Origin: an uncultured Acidobacteriota bacterium
Lineage (GTDB): Bacteria; Acidobacteriota; Thermoanaerobaculia; UBA5066; Gp7-AA6
NCBI GenBank assembly: GCA_963723535.1
Contig: CAVRRE010000016.1
Coordinates: forward strand, 12,503-76,502
Length of the DNA stretch: 64,000 bases
Reading direction: 5' to 3'
Part shown: positions 57,315 to 64,000 of the stretch, piece by piece
How the letters are laid out: each line of letters opens with the position of its first letter
How positions within the stretch are numbered: the first letter of the stretch is position 1
The notes under the pieces: model-generated
Seen by the model: only the letters and a program-made list of their open reading frames with translations
The model's database searches: none
Told to the model about the DNA's origin: nothing
Made by a program: the position numbers and the translations under genes

Positions 57315-59324
57315 TCACTCACCGCCGGTCGTGGTCTTGAAGACCGACGATTGCGTGGACGCATAGAGGATGTTCGGGTCGACCGGATCGAGCGCCAGAC
57401 CGACGACACCCGGATTGTCGAGGCCCAGGTTGACCGGCAGCCAGGTTTCGGCGCCGTCCGTGCTCTTGAACACGCCCTCACCCTCCGTGCCCGCGTACAG
57501 CACGTCGTGGTTCCGGGAGTGGACCTGCACGCCGGCCGTGCGCGAGATCGCAAAGTAGGCATCGGGATCGGAGGGATCGAACGAAGGCAGCCCGTTGCTC
57601 TTCTGTGCCCAGGTCGAGCCGCCGTCGAAGCTCTTGAGCACTCCCTGGAAAATCGTACCGGCGTACGCGATCTGGGGGTCGACCGGATCGACCGTCACGC
57701 TGAACGCGGGCGTCTCGTAGACATTGACCCAGCTCGCGCCGGCATCCTGCGAACGCCAGAGGCCGCTGTTGCGGTCCGCGAGGTAGACGGTCGTGTGGTT
57801 GTGCGGGTCGACCGTGATCCCGCGGCCGCTCAAGTCCAGGAACTTGCCGGGAGGGGCATGCGGGGCACGATCGATGCGCGTGAACGTTTCGCCGAAGTCG
57901 GTGCTCTTCCAGACGCCGTTGGTGAGCAGAGCAAAGCCGCCGCCCAGGGTCGCGACATACACGGAATGGTCCACGGGGTCGACGGCGATTCCGGTGGTGT
58001 AGGTCGTGCTCGACCCGAACAGGCGGCGTTCCCAGGTCTTGCCGTGGTCCTCAGACTTGAAGAGGCCGCCTCCGACGAAGGAGCTCGCATAGACGCGCCG
58101 GGGTTCTTGCGGATCGAATGCCACGCCGCGGGGGGAGCGCGAGAGGAAGCCTCTGGTTCCGCCGTCCTTCCAGGTGCGGCCGCCGTCCTCGGTCACGATC
58201 AGGCCGCCGTCGTTTGTGGTGAGAAAGACGCGCTCGTGGTCGGAAGGATCGATCACGATGGCATGCCCGTCCTGGCAGGCGCAGCGCTTCAAGGGATCCC
58301 AGCCGATTCGGCGCCACTTGCGATCGTCGGCGTCGACAGTCCGCCGGCCGTTCGCCGGTCCGGCGAGCTGGAAGGCTCCATCCACGTTGGTCCCGAGATA
58401 GACCGCGCCGGCGCTGTCGACGCTGAGGGTGAGTCCCTGGCTTTGCGTCACGCCGGTGTTTCTCCACGTCGCACCCCCGTCCTCGCTCACCGACACGCCG
58501 CCCGACGCGGTGCCGGCGTAGAGCCGGTGGCCGCTCTTGGCGAGCGAGAAGACCACGCCGACCGCGGGCGACCCGACGGGCGCGAATGAGACGCCGGCGT
58601 CGGTGCTCTTGTAGACGCCGTTGCCGTTGGATCCCGCATAGACGACGTTGCCGTCATCCGGATCGACGAGGATTCCCCAGACCGTCGCGTCGATGTCGAG
58701 CGGGGTCCAGCTGGCGCCGCCGTCGGTCGAACGGAACGCTCCGTCTCCGTTTGTTCCGGCGAACAACAGATCCGAATCGAAAGGGCTGATTGCGAAGGAA
58801 AAGATCAGGGCCGAACCCAATCCCTCCGAGGCCCCTTCCCAGGTCTCCCCGCCATCAATGGACTTCTCCACGCCGACGAACGTCGAATAGAGGACGTTCG
58901 GGTTCGCGGGATCCATGGCCATGACCAGACCCCCGCCGCCCGCCTGGAAGTTCCAGGTCTCACCGCCGTCGGTCGTCTTGGCGCCTCCCGCATAGACGAC
59001 GTTCGGATCGTTCGGATCCATGACCATCGACGGCACCCCCCCGTCGTAGACGGCAACGAAGTGGGCGCCGCCGTCCGTGCTCTTCAGAAGACCGCCTGCC
59101 AGGCTGCCGATGTAGATCGTGCCCGACCGCGCGTGTGCCGCGATCGCCGCCGGGATGGCGCCCGGGGCCGGGCCGACCGACTTCCAGCCCTTATGAGGAC
59201 CGGCGTCACTGGCATTGACCGCTGCGATCACGGCCATCGGCCCGATCAGGGCGCCGAGGGCCAGTGCGAGACACATCCGCCGAGCCGTCCTGACCGACCG
59301 GTTTGCGAACCGAGTGGAATCCAT
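57315..59324 (-). CDS. Secreted BNR/Asp-box double beta-propeller protein
   Basis: RBS GGGAG; signal peptide; more than 10 KSTDGGxxW repeats; intact frame. Confidence 0.88.
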   Translation of the reverse strand: MDSTRFANRSVRTARRMCLALALGALIGPMAVIAAVNASDAGPHKGWKSVGPAPGAIPAAIAAHARSGTIYIGSLAGGLLKSTDGGAHFVAVYDGGVPSMVMDPNDPNVVYAGGAKTTDGGETWNFQAGGGGLVMAMDPANPNVLYSTFVGVEKSIDGGETWEGASEGLGSALIFSFAISPFDSDLLFAGTNGDGAFRSTDGGASWTPLDIDATVWGILVDPDDGNVVYAGSNGNGVYKSTDAGVSFAPVGSPAVGVVFSLAKSGHRLYAGTASGGVSVSEDGGATWRNTGVTQSQGLTLSVDSAGAVYLGTNVDGAFQLAGPANGRRTVDADDRKWRRIGWDPLKRCACQDGHAIVIDPSDHERVFLTTNDGGLIVTEDGGRTWKDGGTRGFLSRSPRGVAFDPQEPRRVYASSFVGGGLFKSEDHGKTWERRLFGSSTTYTTGIAVDPVDHSVYVATLGGGFALLTNGVWKSTDFGETFTRIDRAPHAPPGKFLDLSGRGITVDPHNHTTVYLADRNSGLWRSQDAGASWVNVYETPAFSVTVDPVDPQIAYAGTIFQGVLKSFDGGSTWAQKSNGLPSFDPSDPDAYFAISRTAGVQVHSRNHDVLYAGTEGEGVFKSTDGAETWLPVNLGLDNPGVVGLALDPVDPNILYASTQSSVFKTTTGGE

Positions 59325-59378
59325 GGTGATTCTCCCTTTCTTCAATGGCTCGATCCTGGTCGGACGGACGCGGCGAGG

Positions 59379-59407
59379 TCCTCGTCGATTCCTCAGAAAT
59401 CCCTCAA
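59379..59407. promoter_or_regulatory. Three 11-bp-phased heptamer repeats in a divergent promoter
   Basis: TCCTCGT (59379), TCCTCAG (59390), CCCTCAA (59401); -10-like TAGAAT at 59420-59425 (+) and CAGGAT at 59353-59358 (-). Confidence 0.55.
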
Positions 59408-59442
59408 AAGGCCACGCGCTAGAATCCGCACACGGCTCATTG

Positions 59443-62058
59443 ATGACACTCCGACCCGGGTCGCGGCTCGGCCCCTACGAAATCCTCGATCCGCTCGGTG
59501 CGGGAGGAATGGGCGAGGTCTACCGGGCGCGCGACACCCGCCTCCACCGCGAGCTCGCGATCAAGGTCCTGCCGGCGTCGATCGCCAGGGACGCCGACTT
59601 CCTGGGCCGCTTTCAGTCCGAGGCTCGCGCCGCCTCCGCCTTGAACCATCCCAACATCGTCACCATCCACGACATCGGGTCGGCCGATGGCGTCTCCTAC
59701 ATCGCCATGGAGCTCGTCGATGGAAAGAACCTGCGCGAGCTCGTCGGCGGTGGGCCGCCGCCGCTGAAGAAAACCCTTCAAATCGCGGCCCAGGCGGCCG
59801 AGGGCCTGGCCGCCGCCCACGCGCGTGGAATCGTCCACCGCGATCTCAAGCCCGAGAATCTGATGGTCACCCGAGACGGCGTCGTCAAGATCCTCGACTT
59901 CGGCCTCGCCAAGTCGTCACCCCTCTACGCGGGGGCGGGAGAACAAACCGGCTCGTACGAGGCTGTCCCGACACGGCCCGGAAGCGTGCTCGGAACGGTC
60001 GGATACATGTCGCCCGAGCAGGCCACCGGGCGATCGCTGGATTTTCGTTCCGACCAGTTCGCTCTCGGGACGATCCTCTACGAGATGCTGACGGGCAAGC
60101 GCGCCTGGAAGAGAAACTCCGCGGCCGAAACTCTGACGGCGATCATCCGCGAGGACCCGCAGCCTTCGATCGCGACCGCCGCTCCGGGCACGCCCACGGC
60201 GCTGCGCTGGATCGTCGACCGCTGCCTCGCCAAAGAGCCGGACGAGCGTTACGGCTCGACGCGAGACCTCGCCCGTGACCTGACGACGCTCAAGGATCAC
60301 TTGAGCGAGATCAGCGGCGTCGATGTCCATGCCGACGGGCGCCGGCGATCGAGCCGCGTCCGGCGCGGCGTTCTCATCGGAGGTCTCAGCGCCGCGGCGT
60401 TGGGAGCCGGCATTCTGCTCGCGCCTCTGCTCCGAGGCAAAGAGCCGCCGCCGCCACTGCCCAACTGGACCCAGGTGGGTTTCCGTCGCGGCGTCGTCTG
60501 GTCGGGCCGCTTTGCTCCGGATGGCCAGACGATCGTCTACAGCGCCGCCTGGGACGGCGATCCGGTGCGCCTGTTCTCGACGCGTCCGGGATCGACCGAC
60601 ACGCGCACGCTCGATCTCCCCCCGGGGAAACTCCTGTCGATCTCGTCGAAGAGCGAGCTCGCCTTCGTGCGCAACCAGACTTTCATGACCCTCCTCCTGC
60701 AGCCGGGCATCCTCGTCCGGGCCGGGCTGGAGGGAGGCATCGGTCGAGACCTGCTCGAACACGTTCAGGCGGCGGACTGGTCTCCCGACGGAACGCAGCT
60801 CGCCGTTGCCCGGAACTTCGAGGGCAAAGTCAGACTGGAATACCCGCTCGGCAAGGCCCTCTATGAAACCCGCTCGCCGATCAGCGACGTTCGGATTTCC
60901 CGGGACGGAACCTGGATCGCCTTCCTCGAGCGGGTGGAGTCCGGAGTGGTGGTGGCGGCCATCCGGGTTTCCGACGGCTCACGACGCGTTCTGACCGAGG
61001 GCTGGTTTACGGCCGCGGGGCTCGCCTGGTCCGCGGACGGACGCGAGATCTGGTTTACCCCCCAGAAGCAGGTTCGGGATTCCAGTCCTCCTCTCCTGGC
61101 CGTGAGCCTCTCCGGAAAGCAGAGAGAGGTCGTCCGGGCTCCGGGGCAGCTGCGTCTCTATGACATCGCCCCCGACGGGCGTCTGCTGCTCGCGCGGTGG
61201 GACTTACAGGTCGGCGTCCGGGGTTTCTCAACCTCCACGGGTCATGAGCGCGAGTTTTCCGCAACGGACGACAGCATGCTCTCCGACCTCTCGAGCGACG
61301 GCCGCACGGTTCTCCTGTATGACCGACACGCACTCGTCCTCCGGGCGACGGACGGCTCGCCTCCGTTGCGTCTGGGCGAAGGCTACGACGGCGCACGCCT
61401 GTCGCCCGACGGGAAATCGGTGCTCGCCGTCCCGCGGGAGGGGCCCCGCTACCCGGTTCTCATTCCCGTGGGAGCCGGAGAAGTGCGGCCGATCGAGACC
61501 GAAACCGAGTGCGAGGGCGTGGAGTGGTTTCCGGACGGAAAGCGGATCCTTTGCAAGATCCCAAACCCGAATGGTCCGTTTCGCTTGTTCATCATCGAGG
61601 TCGCGTCCGGAAAGGTCACGGCAGTCAAGATCGCCGAGGACGCCGCCAGGAGCTTCGACGAGGGAGCGTTCCAGGCCGAGTCGGCAACGGTTTCGCCGGA
61701 TGGGGCCTACCTGGCGGGCGTCGGCGGCGGCGGGGACATCCTGATCCTGCCGCTGGCGGGCGGGGAGGCACGTCGAATCGCCGGCACGCTGACAGGCCTC
61801 GACGGTCTGGCGCGCCCCGTCGGCTGGACGTCGGACGGCCGACATCTCTTCATCCACCACGTCGGCGACCTGCCGGACAAGGCGCAGAAGCTCGAGATCG
61901 CCACGGGGCGATTGGAGCCCTGGAGAGACCTCACGCTGGAGGATCCGGCCGGTCTCCTCCGGATCAACCCCGTGAGAGTCGCGCCTGACGGGCGCTCCTG
62001 GGCCTACAGCTACATCCGGGTTCTCTCGAACCTCTACGTCGTCGACGGGCTGAAGTAA
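59443..62058 (+). CDS. Hanks-type Ser/Thr kinase with TM and TolB-like beta-propeller
   Basis: [25 protein letters not shown]; TM; repeated WSPDG/SPDG blades. Confidence 0.95.
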   Translation: MTLRPGSRLGPYEILDPLGAGGMGEVYRARDTRLHRELAIKVLPASIARDADFLGRFQSEARAASALNHPNIVTIHDIGSADGVSYIAMELVDGKNLRELVGGGPPPLKKTLQIAAQAAEGLAAAHARGIVHRDLKPENLMVTRDGVVKILDFGLAKSSPLYAGAGEQTGSYEAVPTRPGSVLGTVGYMSPEQATGRSLDFRSDQFALGTILYEMLTGKRAWKRNSAAETLTAIIREDPQPSIATAAPGTPTALRWIVDRCLAKEPDERYGSTRDLARDLTTLKDHLSEISGVDVHADGRRRSSRVRRGVLIGGLSAAALGAGILLAPLLRGKEPPPPLPNWTQVGFRRGVVWSGRFAPDGQTIVYSAAWDGDPVRLFSTRPGSTDTRTLDLPPGKLLSISSKSELAFVRNQTFMTLLLQPGILVRAGLEGGIGRDLLEHVQAADWSPDGTQLAVARNFEGKVRLEYPLGKALYETRSPISDVRISRDGTWIAFLERVESGVVVAAIRVSDGSRRVLTEGWFTAAGLAWSADGREIWFTPQKQVRDSSPPLLAVSLSGKQREVVRAPGQLRLYDIAPDGRLLLARWDLQVGVRGFSTSTGHEREFSATDDSMLSDLSSDGRTVLLYDRHALVLRATDGSPPLRLGEGYDGARLSPDGKSVLAVPREGPRYPVLIPVGAGEVRPIETETECEGVEWFPDGKRILCKIPNPNGPFRLFIIEVASGKVTAVKIAEDAARSFDEGAFQAESATVSPDGAYLAGVGGGGDILILPLAGGEARRIAGTLTGLDGLARPVGWTSDGRHLFIHHVGDLPDKAQKLEIATGRLEPWRDLTLEDPAGLLRINPVRVAPDGRSWAYSYIRVLSNLYVVDGLK

Positions 62059-62122
62059 GAGACGCGAAGGCGCCTCCCCCGGGGCGACGGCGCTCCCTTG
62101 TAGAATTCTCAGAGTTCCGTCC

Positions 62123-62749
62123 ATGCGACTCGACCTGGGACCCGTCACGCTCGATACCGATCGCCACCAGGTATTTCGCGACGGTAAGCCCGCACATCTC
62201 TCGACCAAGGCCTTTCAACTGCTCGAGCTGCTGGTCGAGAGCCGGCCTCGCGCACTCTCGAAAGACGAGCTCCAGAAGGCGCTCTGGCCGGACACGTTCG
62301 TGTCTGACACGAGCCTGACCACGCTCGTCAACGAGCTCCGCACGCTGCTTTCCGAGACCGCACGGAAGCCCCGGTTCATCCGCACCGTACATGGCTTCGG
62401 CTACGCCTTCGAAGGCGAGGCCCGCCCGGCGCCTCCCTCGGGCTGCCGCCTGGTCTGGGGCGCACACGACATCTTTCTCGAGGCGGGAGAGAACATCCTC
62501 GGGCGCGATCCCGGAACTCGCGGGTCCATTCCGGACGCGTCGATCTCCCGACGCCATGCGCGGATCACGGTCCGCGACGGCCTCGCGACCCTCGAGGACC
62601 TCGAGAGCAAGAACGGAACCTTCGTGAATGAGGTGCGCATCGCCGCACCGACGCCTCTCTCCGACGGAGACCCGGTCCGGCTCGGCCTCGTGAACCTCGT
62701 TTTCCGCGGACCTCCCGGCGGCCTCACGACTACCAAGACGGTCCGATAG
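62123..62749 (+). CDS. OmpR-type winged-helix + FHA transcriptional regulator
   Basis: LWPDTFVSD..L, FIRTVHGFGY (Trans_reg_C); GRD, SRRHA, SKNGTFVN (FHA); no receiver domain. Confidence 0.92.
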   Translation: MRLDLGPVTLDTDRHQVFRDGKPAHLSTKAFQLLELLVESRPRALSKDELQKALWPDTFVSDTSLTTLVNELRTLLSETARKPRFIRTVHGFGYAFEGEARPAPPSGCRLVWGAHDIFLEAGENILGRDPGTRGSIPDASISRRHARITVRDGLATLEDLESKNGTFVNEVRIAAPTPLSDGDPVRLGLVNLVFRGPPGGLTTTKTVR

Positions 62750-62776
62750 CGATCGGGCCCGAGTCGGCCGGATGCT

Positions 62777-64000
62777 CTACCGGAACGTCAGCGTCGCCCC
62801 CGCCGAGTAGGCGTGGAACTCCGGGGCGTACATCGACTGCACCGTCGCCGGCGAAACCTTGAACGTGCCGGCCATGTTGGCCCGGATGCGGTGCTTGAAG
62901 GTGTACTCCCCGACCGGCAGCCACTCGAAGAAGAAGTTGGCCCCCGAGTCGCGCGTCTCCTCGTACCAGAAGATCCCCAGGTCCCACTTGTAGCGGGACA
63001 GGACGTTCTGGGGCTCGGCGCCGGCCGGCCGCGGGTCGCGCAGGTGGACGTACTCGGCGGCGTGCTTCGTGCGGAGCGAGATCTGGACTTCGATCTCGTC
63101 GCCGGCGCGCACGACGGTTCCTTCCGCGAGCGGCTTCAGAACGAAGTCTGCGGCCGTCGATTCGCGGAGGAAGTACTTTCGGGAGACCGCGAAGAAATCG
63201 CCCCGGTCCTCCTCCGGGAGCTTCTCGGTCGAGAAGTGCCAGGTTGCCGAGGCGAAGGCGAGTCCCTTTCCGGTCTTGGACACTCCGATCGCGGAATCGC
63301 GCTTCGGATCGATCTTCTCGCCCGCCACGACGACCTGGTTCCGCTTGCCCGTATAGCGGTCCGGCTCGAAGACGAACGTCGTCTTCTGGCTCCCGACTTC
63401 GACCGTCACGTCCTCCCGCACGGCGAGCGCGCCTTCCTTCTTGAGATACCAGACGACGGCGTAGATGACGTCGGCCGTTGCGCGCGTCGATTTCCACTGG
63501 TTCATCTTCTTGTTCAGAAAGAGCCACTGGACGAGGCCGTGGCGGCGGGAATCCGTGGGGTCGAGCTCGGCGAGGACGCGCAGCGCGAAGGCCTGCGTCT
63601 CGATCGTGTCGTTGTACCAGAGCCAGGAGCGGTCCTCCGGAGCGAAGTAGGTTCCCAGATCCGGATCGGTCTTCGCCGCGTCCATCACCGAGTCCCAGAC
63701 GAGCTTCGCATCCTTCGGCCGGCCCATGCGCTTCAGCGTCAGCGTGAGCTGGCCCTTGAGGTACGGAGAGTGGGCCTTCCAGTGAGCGAAGGAGTAGTCG
63801 AGGAGCTTCTTTCGGTACGCCGCGTCGAAGGCGCCGGCGTACCAGGACTCGTCGGGATAGGACGAGAGGACGTAGTTGACGTACGTCACGAATTCGCAGG
63901 TGCCCTTGTGCGCCATGCAGGACTCGAGGTCCCGCTTGAGATCAGCGCCCGCGTAGCGGAAGGCCTTCTCGACCATGTCCTTCGGAACGTCGACGCCGAA
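62777..64000 (-). CDS. Bacterial alpha-2-macroglobulin, C-terminal part (5' end outside window)
   Basis: IETQA, WKSTRAT, LRDPRPAGAEP, EETRD, APATVQSMYAPE-type C-terminus. Confidence 0.85.
   Translation of the reverse strand, partial: FGVDVPKDMVEKAFRYAGADLKRDLESCMAHKGTCEFVTYVNYVLSSYPDESWYAGAFDAAYRKKLLDYSFAHWKAHSPYLKGQLTLTLKRMGRPKDAKLVWDSVMDAAKTDPDLGTYFAPEDRSWLWYNDTIETQAFALRVLAELDPTDSRRHGLVQWLFLNKKMNQWKSTRATADVIYAVVWYLKKEGALAVREDVTVEVGSQKTTFVFEPDRYTGKRNQVVVAGEKIDPKRDSAIGVSKTGKGLAFASATWHFSTEKLPEEDRGDFFAVSRKYFLRESTAADFVLKPLAEGTVVRAGDEIEVQISLRTKHAAEYVHLRDPRPAGAEPQNVLSRYKWDLGIFWYEETRDSGANFFFEWLPVGEYTFKHRIRANMAGTFKVSPATVQSMYAPEFHAYSAGATLTFR

Noticed and set aside
59215-62058. Kinase as a toxin or anti-phage defence gene
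   Set aside because: It is a typical membrane Hanks kinase with a TolB-like propeller next to an FHA regulator, with no defence-gene context.

Overview
A 64-kb, very GC-rich, gene-dense bacterial chromosomal segment. Gene content (carboxypeptidase-domain TonB receptor, kinase-TolB propeller fusion, wHTH-FHA regulator, single C-terminal SLH protein) suggests Acidobacteriota, possibly Thermoanaerobaculia-like; this is an inference. Many genes are split by 1-bp indels, most likely long-read consensus errors, so several boundaries are approximate. Housekeeping content includes pyrK-pyrD-pyrF, nadA-nadC-nadB, a fused 2-oxoacid dehydrogenase E1, a dapA-like gene, pxpBC-pxpA, peptidases (M20, S9, S41-like, M1), two ABC systems and a partial alpha-2-macroglobulin. 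Highlights: (1) a six-gene porin-cytochrome extracellular electron transfer operon at 13.4-19.9 kb (decaheme MtrC/OmcA-like, decaheme MtrA/DmsE-like, MtrB-like porin, monoheme cytochrome, atypical NapC/NirT tetraheme, small 2-TM protein; 25 CxxCH motifs). (2) A Ser/Thr kinase-propeller plus wHTH-FHA regulator pair divergent from a secreted propeller protein and TonB receptor, with 11-bp-phased direct repeats in the shared promoter and a similar array at 51.3 kb. (3) A 17-codon relay mini-ORF bounded by a 14-bp duplication inside an ABC operon. (4) Two enzymes lacking their canonical catalytic residue. (5) Many TANNNT boxes just upstream of start codons. No rRNA, tRNA, CRISPR array or transposase was recognised.
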